DNA of 50,311 nucleotides from Paraglomus brasilianum (Eukaryota): NCBI GenBank assembly GCA_910592345.1, contig CAJVPI010000136.1, positions 1 to 50,311 of the forward strand, read 5' to 3'. Shown piece by piece: positions 37,225 to 50,311 of this stretch (position 1 is its first letter; each line of letters starts with the position of its first letter). The notes under the pieces were generated by a model. It saw only the letters and a program-made list of their open reading frames with translations, ran no database searches and was not told where the DNA came from. The position numbers and the translations under genes were made by a program.

Positions 37225-39008
37225 TTAGAGAATAAGCTCACGTGAATTAGTATCAATCTCAGCTCGAACTTTTCTTCGGGGATGGGATAATATTAATATT
37301 AATCCATTTGCCGACACCGAATAACCGCTATTTTTCTGAATAATAATAATATTAATTTAATCAAGACATTTTATTATGATAATTTACATTTCTGCAACTT
37401 CCTGTATCATCTGCCAACCATGCACTCAAAATGGCACTCTGGTGGTAACCTGTCCGCGAGCGTTCATAATAATTATTATGACTTCTTTGCGATATTGCAG
37501 AGTTTTTTAATGGTGCATGAGAAGAAAATGACGGCTTGGATTTCATTATCTTCAAATCTTCTCTAATCTCACTTTCCGTTAATTTTACCGGTCGCGCGCG
37601 TAATGAGAAATTATTAGTCAAGGAACTAGTCAAATGAGTCTATCGCACACAAGTAACAAACAGAAAATTCACCAAACAAGGATATCGAACGTTATTGCCT
37701 TCGTTTGCCCGTTTGGACTTAGAGATAGCCATGGCGATATGGAATTTATTGACGAGATCGACCTCGGGAAAACATTATTTCGATCGCGAGTCTCTACGGC
37801 TCTCTTCGAAAGCGTTCGTGGCAGTTTTTTCTTATGTACAGGCCTTATCCTCTGTGGATTTTCCTCTTCCATCACTCTTAAGAGTAAGTCTCTATCCTTA
37901 TGGTCTATTCCTTGACATTCTTTCGAAAGAAAGCGCACAACAGTAAACAAAATAGATTTCAAAAGTTGTATGCGAAGCATCACAATACATTGATATTCAA
38001 AGACTTACCTTCTGCATATTCCTTATGTAATCTTATTATTTTTGCTTGTCTTTCTTCAATCATGCTCATTCGCAATGATCTCCGTGCGGCCTAATGATCC
38101 CGTATTGAGATTATATCTCGTGTTGGCAGTACTTCAATATTGTATCGATTGTTCATTGTCGACACTCTACCATGAATTCATCCAATACTTGCTTATGTTG
38201 CGCCTCGAAATTTGCCTGCGCTAACAAAGATCGTCGCTTCCGACGCTCCTCTGCGATTCTCAGACGCCTCCTACGAACCTCTTCTATCCGGTTGTATTCG
38301 TCTGCAAATCTAGCGTGTGTACCTGATTGAATTTCTTGCTGTTCCTTTTCTAACAAGGCCTCTTTTGCAGCATGAACCCTATAGAATGGGGTAAAAAAAA
38401 GGGGGTTGCAAAGAGTGTGGGGTGTTAAGTAAAAAAGGGTTTATCTTTAGCAAAGTTAAACACATATATAATAATTCCCTTACCGTTTTTTGATAATTGA
38501 GAACTGAGTTTCGATCACCATGAGACGTTGAAATATTGTTTTACGCTCACGTTTTAAAGAATGCGTTATATTGTCATCCTCCGAATTGCTTTCGTCGGAA
38601 AAATAATCTGTTGCAAAGTAATAAGGCGCAACGAAGAAAGAAAGCGATTGAGTTTCGCTGGCGTGCCTGAATGTAAGAATTTCCGGGGAATAACTATCAA
38701 TACTATGCCAGTTTCCTCACTGAGAAAAATTCCGTATCATTTGATAGTCCCCTCCTGTACTTTGCGTATTGTCAATGAAGAGGTTATCCCACATTCATGA
38801 GAAAACAATTACGAGCTTACATACCGTTAGACTCTGAATCGGGGTTATGGCTGGATTCCGAACCTTCCCGTAACAACTCTTCGCTGTCATCATGACGTTG
38901 ACCGTTTGTGACTGGGTGATCGTTCTCCGTGTCGTTGGTGGTTGCTTGGTTAGTGGTGACCTCTGATAATGATTCCTCAGAATTTCCCAGTGTGACAGTT
39001 AGAGACAT
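37225..39008 (-). CDS. Sds3-like (Sin3/Rpd3L subunit Sds3/Dep1/BRMS1 family) protein; multi-exon
   Basis: Collinear exons: acidic N-terminus, LEKEQQEIQSGTHARF..EY..IEE.RRRRLRIAE coiled coil, and LTESEIREDLKIMK. 3' end approximate. Confidence 0.75.
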
Positions 39009-40230
39009 ACCCTTTACTAGAAGGCGAGGCTTGTGAGAAAGGATTAGATTAATACGTGTTGGTAATATACAAGGCAACCGAGGCTTAAAAAAGATAAAAT
39101 TGGAACTGAAAATTATTCAGGACAGGTAATAAGATTTTCTGCACGTGACTAAAATATTAATACTTTTAGTATTAGGTTGCCGAAAGGTTTAACGTCTTCG
39201 ATCTTATCACCATAACCAAGGACAAGGCAAAAAGGCGTGGGGAGAAGACACTCCATGAAAAATGACAATGACGATAATCACTTTCTGTTATAATCTTGTT
39301 TCGTAGAGGAGATACGTCAAAAGCTTTCTCGGAAGACGATCGATTGGCCTAACAAATTCGATTTTTTGGGGAATATATTTTATCTCTATGTTCTGCATAG
39401 GCTTTCTCTGAAACTACACATCTTCAAATAATCAAACCCAGTGACGTCCGAATTAAATACTAGCAATAAATAAGTAAAGTATGTCTGAAGAATGCAAATC
39501 TAAAGTAGCATACACATATATTAAAAGCTAGGAATAAGTATTATTGGTCATCTCCCTTTCGATACATAGATTCGCACAAAGTTCATACGATTTATTCGAA
39601 CCTCTACAGCATTACTCACTAGATTGCTCAAAATGAGCAGAGCACAACGGTGCTATCTCTTAATAGCTGGTTCATAGTTGGAATTGCTAGTAAATAACAG
39701 TGCTTCTTTATCTAATATGGGAATACAATAGCTTATTTACATGCAAAGGACGATAAGCAAGCAGGGTCGTACTTGTACTGATTGGGAGCTTGAATGAAGA
39801 CAATAAGCGAAATACCATATCCCTAATAATAACACCGCCTATAAGCTAGTAATAACGTAGCCAAGTAATAGTTATTATATTCATCCTCGTATAGAGACTG
39901 AATTGGTCAGAATATAATCCTAGTAATACCAAGTGTAAGACTTGAAAACTCGAACAGTGACCTCTTGGGCTTTGGAATTGCTAAACGCTGTTCTCGTCCA
40001 TGAAGATATTTAAGTTAATACTAATTTTATGAAACACATACATATAAATCACTGAAGTAATTCTCATAATAAATAAAATTTGTATTAAATACATCTATCT
40101 CATCTTTGAGATGTATTCTAGAGAAGGACATGTATATTCAAAACGTTAACTTTCTAGTAATTATCGAATGCACTAATAATATGAGCCCATGCAACGTTTA
40201 TCAACATATAGCATCCTGGTAATTGCTTAC

Positions 40231-41393
40231 CTAATTGATACACTGCTCTAACTTTCGTTGGAAACTCTCAAAAGTTGCTTTGACTGAATCCCATTGCCTA
40301 ATTGTTGTCATTCCTTTCATCTTGGTAACTTTAAAAGTGGAAGTGTTAGCTATATCCTGGTACTTCTCTAAAATGCCGTTACATCCATCAATTTCAGTCT
40401 GCCAAAACGTATCTAGCGGGGTTAACTCAACCAGTATCGTTTTCAAATCTTCAGCAATAGCAATCGCATGCATCTTTACTTCCTCAAGTCGTAATAGCTC
40501 CAACTCCTTTTCGGTTCCCTTGGCTCTGCCACCGTTGATTATCGTCTGTATAGTAGTTCCTATCATAGCGCCACCAGATCCAACGGCGAGCGCGCCAACG
40601 ACAGCTAATGAGGCACCAGCAGTGAATGGGGTTGCAGCCAAGGCAATACCTGCTCCAATGCCGGTACCAACCGCAGCCCATTTGTTCTCTTTCTCTGTTT
40701 TGCGAAACTTCGAGGCGTCCTGCTCTAACATGTGACCCATCAGTCGCTGGTCGCCGCTAAGGTCAACATTGTAATCGCCCAGATTGCTAAGAATGTTTTG
40801 TAGATTGAATTGAAGTTGGCAGAAGGCTTTATTTTCTTTTTCAACCAATTTTTTATGCGCAGTTGCCAACTCAAGAAGAGATGTTATTGCATCCAAGAAT
40901 TCTTCGCCTGAAACGGGTTCTTGCATCATGATTTCGATATATCTTATATATGTATGATGCAATATTTGTTAACTTCTCATTCATAGTTGTTAGAAAAGGT
41001 AATAGCATTAGCAATAAATAAGAAGATAATAATTACTCGTTGTTGGCTTTCATGTAAGTAGACATGATATTAACAGCATGGGTACAGTCTTCGACGAGTT
41101 CTATGAATGCCTTTTGTTGTTGAACGATGTCTTCAACCAACAATTTATATTCTAAGTTGTTTATTTCGTTGATAATTTTGGGATCCGACAAGTCATTATA
41201 GTGTTGTAAGATATCAGAAACCGTTTTTGTAAGGAGTGTAAACTCAACATTGGCTGGCTTGGGGAGTTCGGAGAGATTAACTACGAGCGTCTCGTTGGTT
41301 GCATGTTTGCTGTCCTGCTGTAAAAATAATGTAAGCATTACCTCTACAATTCGACATGGAAGAATAACCGTACGATCCACTTACCGTGACCAT
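40231..41393 (-). CDS. Helical protein with central Gly/Ala hydrophobic hairpin (ApoL / alpha-pore-forming-toxin-like); exons about 41393-41385, 41317-41037, 40941-40231
   Basis: GT-AG introns join the ORFs in frame. WAAVGTGIGAGIALAATPFTAGASLAVVGALAVGSGGAMIG is flanked by coiled-coil helices. Confidence 0.75.
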
Positions 41394-42261
41394 TTTCGTT
41401 ATAAGTTGATGTCGAAAGTTTCAAGTTAAAGAAGATCAGACAACTCCGGTTTAAATGCGCGCAGACTTTGTCCAACATAATACATTTAGTCACATGATAT
41501 GTGAATTAAAAAAGTAGAAAATTTCAATATTAAATATTAATATGAAGGCGCAGAAATTTTGTCCGATAAGAAAATAAGCATTTTCTAAGCTTTATTTGAA
41601 GACCGGAAGAAGGCTTGCTTCATTAATAGGAAAGCTACTACCATTCTTTCATTTAGTTTACATCGACGCCATAGTCATGGTGATAGAATTGGTTCCAACT
41701 CTCTTGATTTATGTCTCGCGCGATGGGATTGAGGCTAGCACTATTGGAGGAACACAGTTTAAGCTATTAATATTTGCGGCTCGGTCGCCCCGGACTAACA
41801 AAGACGAGGATCCGCATCACATCGTTGGCTACTACTGCGGTCCAGCCTCGCGACGCAAATACATTGTTTTTCAATAAACTCCTTTTCAATGTGCTTAAGA
41901 TAATTATTCAGTCGAAGCATCATCTGCTTTCGAACAATCTTATTTCTGGAAAGGGAGTTTTCATCTGAAGCAAAAGATATTGATTGATCCTCCTGTATTA
42001 GTATGCCATGTCATTTCTTGACATTGACTACTGAGGACGGTTTTACCCGTGAAAACTGCCTGGTTCTTCAATAATCTTCTGACCCATATTACTATAATAA
42101 ATTTTGGTACGGTTGAAAGTGACTGAGTTACACTCCTCTGACAATGGAGCTAATTGGTTATATTTTTCAATAAAAGTAATGCTACATTAAAAATTTTATT
42201 GTTATGAAGTTGTAGTTCTATCTAGTGGACTATATATAGATTGTACACATGAATTTATATA

Positions 42262-42735
42262 CAGTCATCCCTCCATGAAAAAACCCTCCATAAAAGAACC
42301 ACCTCTTCATGTAGAACATATTTTTTTATGGGACGGAAGTGATTATTAGTAAATTTCTCTTTATAAAAGAACAATCTATAAAGGAACAGGAACATAATTT
42401 TGTAGAACGCTTATAATTACATTTACCTCCGTATAAGAACACTGCATGTTGATTGGCTGACAAATTTTTAATTTCATTATTTGACCAATGAATTAGGTCA
42501 CGTTCTACTCTGCTTTAGCAAACAGAAAGACTTCATAGTTAGTAGTTATTGTTACATGTAATTTCTCGCAGGCCTGGTCAATGTTAGAACGTCCAAGTAT
42601 TTGATTGGTTTAATAAATATTATAAATGGTTTGCTATATAATCTTAAGTAAATTCTATAATAATAAGACACCTCTATGATAGAACAGAACATAATTTGGC
42701 TGTCCCGACTGTGTTCTTTTAAGGAGGGTCGACTG
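42262..42735. mobile_element. MITE (pogo-like)
   Basis: TA TSD. TIRs CAGTCATCCCTCC / GGAGGGTCGACTG. Internal AGAAC repeats and subterminal GGGAC/GTCCC. Confidence 0.8.
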
Positions 42736-43086
42736 TATTTTGTATTCTTATTCTAATCGATTTCATCAAACTACAACATTTTTTTTAACTCCAATACCAT
42801 TCGTTGTCAGGAAGTGTCTGTATGCAGATTTAAAAAAGCTGATATCAATAGTGCTTGATGAATCAGATAAGTGAGTTACATGATAAAATCTTCCTCCGCA
42901 GTCAAACAAATCCATTATATCGACATTAATTTTAGTCCAGTTTCACAAAGATTAAATTAGTAATAATAGCGTTTCGAAAAATCGGTGACAGCGCTGTGCT
43001 GCAAAAAAATCAGTGACAGTACAAAACGCTATAATAATAATTAGCATAATTAATTTTTTTCAAGTGAAAAAGCGTTACAGTTTTTC

Positions 43087-43740
43087 AGTGACGCTCGAAG
43101 ATATATAAGTAGCTCATATTCCATCGCCAAATCTTCATGTTGTCCATGTTGTGAAAACATCGAAAGTTGAAATTGTTATAAATAAATAAAATATTACTGA
43201 TCTTAAAGTAATATTCTCCCGAGATCCTTTATTATAAATATAAATTTTATTTCTATCGTCGAAATAATTGGACACTCCAGTAAACGGCTCACTTAAGCTG
43301 TAACGGAATAGTATTGATTTTTATCAAGCTAGTAAGCTGTCCGCTGATCAATTACGTGAATAACGGAACGAGAGTTTATAATTAATTATCGAGACGATTA
43401 TTGTTTAATTAGTTAGTAGAGACAAGTGACAAAAACCGACTAGTCGACAAACAAATCAAAGATAGCCCTGTTTATTAATTATTCCCCTTTGATTCTTTAA
43501 TAGAATAATTGTTGTTATTGCTCTATTAGTACCCTTATTTCACGAGTGTTTGAAACAAACTCGGATAAGGAGTGAGAAGCGCACATAATTAAAATAGGTC
43601 CCTTGAAGGCTTAATTCAGTCTTAATTGTAGTAAGGGTGATGGTACGAGCTAAGCCTGGTAACATCCCCCGGTCGGCGAACACACCCACGCGAAAGATAA
43701 ATCGCTCTCCCAAACCCCCATTTAATTCCCGACCGTAACA
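43087..43740 (-). mobile_element. Solo-LTR-like repeat (copy F), paralog of 20181-20785
   Basis: Minus strand begins TGTTACGGTCGGGAATTAAATG and has long near-identical blocks with copy E. Confidence 0.75.
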
Positions 43741-44109
43741 ATAAACACAGATTTTGACTTCTTCAAATACCATTATTCTTCTGATGGGCCCAAACAGTTT
43801 CTGTACTTTTAGTGTCTAATGTATGCGCGTATGGGTTTATTTCTTTTAGCAGCTGCTTGCATAATTCATGAGATCATGAAGACTTTCATTTGAAAGCGGG
43901 ACTGTTGATTCAGTCACCTCATAGTTCTTATTGTCCGATTAAAAATAATAAAATTTGCCATAGTAATAGTCCTACTATGCTGTCTATATACATAAGTAGA
44001 TGATCTTCATCAGACCATTTCTATAAAATACAAGCATATTCGAAGTTTAATTCCTGACATCATACGTCAAATATAACCATAGTCTTATGTAGCACAGTAT
44101 AATCAACCG

Positions 44110-45379
44110 TTAATCAAATATCCGTCCCATCATAATTTCTCCAGTGTTCGCGTTTTCACCTATAACAAAAAATTCTCGCCTTCCACTAGTAAACGCAACA
44201 CATTGCATTCTTGGTAAGCCCCGAATTCTAATGTGTTCCCACGTTCTTTTAGACGCCGAGAATATCTTCATGTATTCCCAAGGCTTTTCAACTTGACTTC
44301 TTTCCCAGTTATCAGTCGTTGATCCACCGAATATGACAATTTTGTTTCTGAAACAAACCATTGCAGCACCAACACGCCGACCAGGACTTTGTTTCCGCCC
44401 GGTGGTGGATATCCACTCGGACGGTAGTCTGAACGATGTTGATTGTTCAATATTCGGGGAAAGATACTTCCTCCATTGGTTATTTTGTGTATCATAGGCC
44501 CAAATGCCATCATCGTTGTGTATTTCGGATAAGCCTACATAAGTAATTTGCTGGCCGCCGTATATGTAAAGTGCATTTCTTACTAACACGGTAAGATGCA
44601 ATGATCTTGCATATGGAATGTTGGGTACTGGATTATAAATAGTCCAACTTTTATTCGTAATGTCATAAATTGCATAATCTCGACAATCATATGGTCTGTC
44701 TAAATTAAAGTAGAGGGAAGAATTTAAGAAGACGAATATTTCGTTTGAATAAAATCAATAAAGTGGGTTATATATCTACTGATTTACCATTGGTAAAGCA
44801 TTGGCCACCGTAAATCATAAAGCGATTACGATCGATGGCATTAAGCGTATGCATTGAGCGCGGACGAGGAAGTACATTGCTCTGCGATAATGTACGCAAA
44901 TGCATATTATTCACACTCAATTCATACAGGGCATTAGTTGGTTGTCCGGTAACAAGATCAATGCCACCATGAATATATATCTGATTCGATATCGACGAAG
45001 TTGCTGGATACTTAACTGGCCGATACTGACCGAATACCTTCACAGGGATGCATAACCATTCGAGATTCTTTTCATTTGTACGTAGCTGCCAACACGTTGG
45101 ACTGTTAAGTGAAAGAACGACTATGTAAAGTGTGGCATCAATCATTACAGCGTTTCGATAGTATAACCTAAGATCAGAAACCCCATTGTTAGGAATCTGG
45201 CAAGGAACATTATGCCATAGTGGTCTGAATAACCCATATTGATGGAAGTTGAAAAACCAATGAAGTGGCCTGCACGTAAGAGAACAGTCAACAAGATCTG
45301 GTAATTCCAAATAATCGAAAATACGTCCAATGATTTCAAAGGGAAGTGACGTGAGTGACATCCGGGTCGTTAAACGCAT
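44110..45379 (-). CDS. F-box / kelch-repeat protein (two exons)
   Basis: LTSLPFEIIGRIFDYLELPDLVDCSLTCR F-box, followed by kelch GG repeats (IYIHGG, MIYGG, LYIYGG, VIFGG). Intron about 44787-44700. Confidence 0.9.
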
Positions 45380-47635
45380 TTTATTCGAGCATTACAAACC
45401 GTTATCCGGCAATTGTTGATGATATTAATCCAGACCGTTGGAGTTGTCTATGACAGAGGCTTCGAAGGAGATCGGAGAGATTTTTATAGTTGGGAGAAGG
45501 TGATGCAATGTCGTTTGGGGGGACAAACTTATGTGACCACTGCTTCATAGTTCGTCAAGACAAATTTTTTCATGAGCAATTACCTTCCATGTTTGTCACC
45601 TAAATTGTTATAAAAGGAATTACGATGTTTACTGGACCCGGCGTGATCATTAAATGGATAACCTTGCCTTCCCTTTAAGCTTAACATAACCACAATACTT
45701 CCTTTCTGATTGTTAGTCTCTGTCTCAAAATGACGCGGCCACACCAGAGCCAATAAGATGTGTTCGCATTGACGTAATAAGACGTCAATAGATTGGGAGA
45801 GAAAACTCTTGTCTTGTTATTACGTAACCGACTATTTATAATGAACATGAAAAATAGAGCGATTGTTTTAAAAGACGCCAAGAAACATTTATCTAATCAA
45901 GGCTTTTTGTAAATATCTTACCTTGAATGGGTGCTCTTGATCGTTCAACAACGCATTATGTTGATCACTATGATGTCAAGGTAGTGTTCGACGCTGGGTT
46001 CGACGTCTTTGCAAAACATTTCAGACATGGGCTATGATGTAATTTACTCCGATTTAGTAAACAAACGTAACCTTGACTCGGTTCCGCGCGTAGGATGGGA
46101 GTGAAATAAGATAACCATTGATAGTTAGTCAGTGTCATATGCTTACGTGGCTTGTTTCATGTTTCACATCCATACTTGGTTAGATAATCGTCATGGGCAA
46201 GACGTTCATGCAAGTTCTGCCTTACACTAGATCCTTCCGGCATCTTTTTTTTTTTAAATCCGTTTCTCTTTGTTTGACTGCGAGCCAATGGATTAGTCAA
46301 GATCCAAAAATGGTCAAGTATTGTCCATTTATGAAAACGAGTGTGGGATAAAAAAAAAAGTAGTGCAATCCTTAATTTTGACTTGTTGCAAGCTTCCATG
46401 TTCATGGGGCATTGGTTGCTAAATAGCTATTTTGATTATTTTTTTTTATATGCCCCATCCCCAAAAGAGCGTTTTCGCTGTTTTACGGAAGTCATTAACA
46501 ACACTTTGTATCCGTTCCGAATATGTTATTATGTGAATCAATGGACGGTATGATTTTCCCAGTCTCGAGAATTTACGCGACGTGCGTCAAACCTTCTCCC
46601 ACACTTTTGCTAAGGATTCTCGGTGGGCCTATCGAGTATTTAGAACAACAGCTTATTGAAACGCAGGGACTATGATGACATATCTTCCGTGTTCTTCCAT
46701 CTATGCTATATTGGGAGTAACATAACCAAATTTCTTAATTACCATCTCCGTATATCTTTTAAGGTGCTCTTGTCTAACCATTGTGTATTTGTGAATTAAA
46801 CAATGACTCGGACGCTAACATCAATCACGTTACTATTCCGTATTTCAACAGTTCTTTACATCACGTCTACCCAATGCTGCACTTCATCCTTTATCACCGT
46901 TAACGTTGGATTAGTTTGTTCAAAAGGTTCAGTACCACTATAGATTCATCTCGATTTGGCAAGTATGCAAGAAGATGAATGCCCGGTTTGGTAAGCTTCG
47001 CAGATTACGATTAAAAAGAAACAGACATAATCGATAGAGAAAGTGTTAAGGATTGGGTGGGATCATAGTAACTTTCGTGGATGACTATTACCGATTGATG
47101 ATTGTCATACTATATTGCTTTGTTTGATTATATTCTATTCAGGATCAGGGCCAACGGGGTTCAATAATACGGCGGAAGTCTATTATTGCTTAACATACTC
47201 ATACAGGACACATAGTCTGGAGAATCTAATACAAGTTAAAAAAAAGATTCCGGAAGTCATCTTTTGAGGAAGCCGGAAAATCTGGGACAAGTGATAACTT
47301 GCATAGACTATGTCATTCGCTGGCTTACATTTGATGTCATGTCAATCTTTGCTAGGTATTAGGGAGTATGCACGGCGAAAATATTGGTCGGACGCTACTA
47401 TAAAAGGTGAACTTGATAATCTGACCTCAAGAGTTATGTTTTTCAGTTATCACAGAGATTGTTGGGTCTTGGCTTTACCATTGTTTTACTGCTGTGATGT
47501 AGGAATGAATACTAGGACCCCTTTATATCATCAGCCATTTTCAATCTGAAAAACAAAATCACGGTCCTCGGGATTTAAGCCAACGCAGACAATAACGCAT
47601 TATGCACCGATATAGTAAGAGATACATTTGGCATA

Positions 47636-47831
47636 CAGTCAACCCTCTCTATAGTCACGCTGTCGGGAACAATGCAACTTTTGTTGAAAATGTGCTTCTA
47701 AAGAGGTTGTGACTATATAGAGGGTTTTTTCTATAAGTTCAATAGTAATTGGTTCTCAAACATGGCGTGCTTATAAAGAGGTTTTTATATGATGTGCTTA
47801 TAGAGGGGGTGACTATAAAGAGGGTTGACTG
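47636..47831. mobile_element. MITE (pogo-like)
   Basis: TA TSD. Near-perfect 22-bp TIRs CAGTCAACCCTCTCTATAGTCA / TGACTATAAAGAGGGTTGACTG. Confidence 0.9.
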
Positions 47832-48196
47832 TACTTGGGCATCCGAGCAGAGATAGTGCACACAAGCCTAGCCATTGGTTTAAATGTGCAATTCTGATTT
47901 GGGCAGCTATGATAACATACTTTCACCAATCTAATTTATGTTACAGGACTGCGCGGTATGATGGGATTTTCAGGCGTTTGTTAACATAATTGATATTGAT
48001 TTTGCCGAATATACTTTTTCTCGATGTTTTCTTTAAGATGCATGATGTGACAGGAGCAGGGGAATTTGACTTTCCGATTGATGGTCATTGTATGGAATTG
48101 TTGCGTTGATCGTTTTGCAATGCTGCTACATACCTAAGAGCTTGAAAGTTTGAAATAAACAGTTATTCAGATATTCTCGTGAATGCACCCGAGAAT

Positions 48197-48275
48197 TAAG
48201 ACCTGAGACCTAAGACCTGAGACCTAAGACCTGAGACCTGAGCTGAGACCTGAGCCGAGACCCGAGACCCGAGGC
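48197..48275. repeat. Heptamer-like tandem repeat (GAGACCT/AAGACCT)n
   Basis: About 11 degenerate units, directly visible. Confidence 0.9.
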
Positions 48276-50311
48276 CTTTGATCTTACTGTATATAGTAAT
48301 AGAAATTTTAAGATTAGATAAAGTTGCCAAAAAAACTTGCACTATTTTATCATACTTGTCATAAATGTCAACTGCTTCAACTTTGTCGCTGTCACAAGAA
48401 TGCAGAGTGCAATAAATGTAAACACACAGGGTCATTGTGTTGCACGCAATGATCATGTATGCATAAACCTTGCATACAACCATTCAACGTTATTGTGAAT
48501 TCCTACGTAATTAATAGCGGTTTGCAGTGATTTTATTTGCTAGTAAAATATAGAATGTGTCAATACTTCCATATATCGATAGTTTTTTACGGGACGCATC
48601 TCAGAAGATATAGTATACCTTCAAGCTTCCTTCTCTAGATCAGCACCTATAGGTCGTGTGTTTTTGACTTGTAGTTCCCGAGCATAAAAAGTCGGTGTAG
48701 ATCGAGTCAAGCATGCGTTTGTTCGGCAGGAGACATACTTGATCGTGAACAATTTGACTAATGAGTATATACCGACGACAGGTTCTTTACGACTGACAAA
48801 CCGGATTTCCGCAATCTCTAATATCCCAAAAGCTAAAAGTTGAGCAGATCTATGTACTTTAATTGATGGCCATGCGCTTTCTGGGACTTGCAATAAGATA
48901 AGCGCTTTATAAATGACATGATGAAATCACTAAACGCATTTCGTATTGAATAGTCGTGATTGTAGATTGACATCTATTAATTAGCTATATCTTATATTCG
49001 TAATTCTCATTACGCCAACAACGGTTAATAAAATACCCGGCACGAAAATTTGGGTACAGAAAATGGGTTAAATTAGTGGAAGGAAATCATATTGTCGGCT
49101 TCAAAGCCTTGGTTAGCATAGAGACACGAAATCCGATGTCATACTCAATGACTACTACTCCTAGACATAGACAATTCGGCAACTGTCCGTTTAGAACTAA
49201 CGGCTCAAAAACTTGCATTTTTTGATTATTCATAATTTAACAAAATTTTGTGGCAAACCCAAAAGATATTTTGATAGAAATGCAAGTTCTGATTTCATCT
49301 CACAGTATTACAATAACTTATGAAAGTATTGACTGGCCATGTGATATCAAACAAGTAACGTTCATACTCAATTGAAAGATCCAACCTAATTGATTTTAGT
49401 ACCCTGGGTAACCCCTGTGGGACTGTATTAATCAGGGTACATCTGCCCGACCACAATTGCTGATTGAAAAAAAAGTGTGACACGACGCGAAATAACATTG
49501 ACATATTAATATTGTAACTGACTTAACATATGTATGTATTGATTGTAATGATAAATTGCATAATTTAAATTATCATAACATTATGCTAAGCGTGTATCTA
49601 TGTACAGTACTTTCAAATCAATACTAACAGAAAAATACAGAATAGGCTATAAATCAAAAGGCCAAAAATCAAAAGGCCAAAAATATTTAGTACCCGGGTA
49701 TAAATCTAAATCTGCTTTCTGAAACTGGTGGAGGGTACATCTCATGGGAGTACATACAGTATGTTGGCGTTTTACGGTATTAATAAGACTCGATAACTCC
49801 TTTGCGCTATTTACAGAACTTGCCTAACTGTGAATTAGAATGCCATTAACTTTACGGTTACAATAAAGTTGGATGCATGTGCACCGATATTATTGGCGAA
49901 TTACCGCATGGCTTTATTTATCGAAAAGCTACAGGATAATTTTAAAACTAACTACATTTATACATTTTTGTATTTTTTTTCCAACAACTTTCAAGCCCTG
50001 CTATACTTCTTGCAAGTGCTTTCATTGATTTTTAGGAAATAAAAAAAAGTTACATGGACAAAACCTAGACTTAGGATAGATGTGACAATATTTTGACTCA
50101 AAAAAACCGTAGTGCAATGAGGCGCAGCATTGTATCACACTGAGGCAGTTACTCTTTCCCTTAATTTCTTTGTATCTTTGACAAAAAAAGGCAGAATTTA
50201 ATTAACCTAAAGCTAACTTACTTTTATATTTGCTTTATCCCTTAGTCTGTAGGCCAAATTTTGACAAATTTACCCCCTTAATTTTGTTATGCATTTTTAA
50301 GGACATTATTC

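Noticed and set aside
45915..47000. Possible decayed gene on the minus strand
   Set aside because: Coding-like patches and a splice-donor-like site are present, but no recognisable family motif.
48196..48483. ORF with SAQV/GLRS repeats, or a CRISPR-like array
   Set aside because: This is the translation of a simple heptamer tandem repeat, with no spacers.
48690..48790. EYIPT small-GTPase-like peptide on the plus strand
   Set aside because: No intact P-loop or other G motifs; likely chance.

Overview
AT-rich, intron-containing eukaryotic DNA that looks fungal. Gene content and intron style suggest an early-diverging Mucoromycota-type fungus (inference). Apparently intact genes: a multi-pass membrane protein, a DES1-type sphingolipid delta-4 desaturase, two tandem secreted Cu-only (Sod5-like) superoxide dismutases, urease accessory protein UreF, a GPI-type chitin deacetylase, an intronless hypothetical gene, an Sds3-like protein, an ApoL/alpha-pore-forming-toxin-like protein and an F-box/kelch protein. 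Decayed genes: a thiolase and two Crinkler-like effector genes. The two Crinkler-like genes share a promoter, a coiled-coil header exon and the start of intron 1, but have unrelated C-termini. Intergenic DNA holds five TA-flanked pogo/Tc1-type MITEs, a pogo transposase remnant, a foldback and tandem duplications. It also holds six or seven diverged solo-LTR-like elements with an ordered set of short conserved motifs. One of these has TG...CA ends and a 4-bp TSD, interrupts a Crinkler-like reading frame, and faces an inverted sister copy. All family assignments come from motif recognition by eye; no searches were run.
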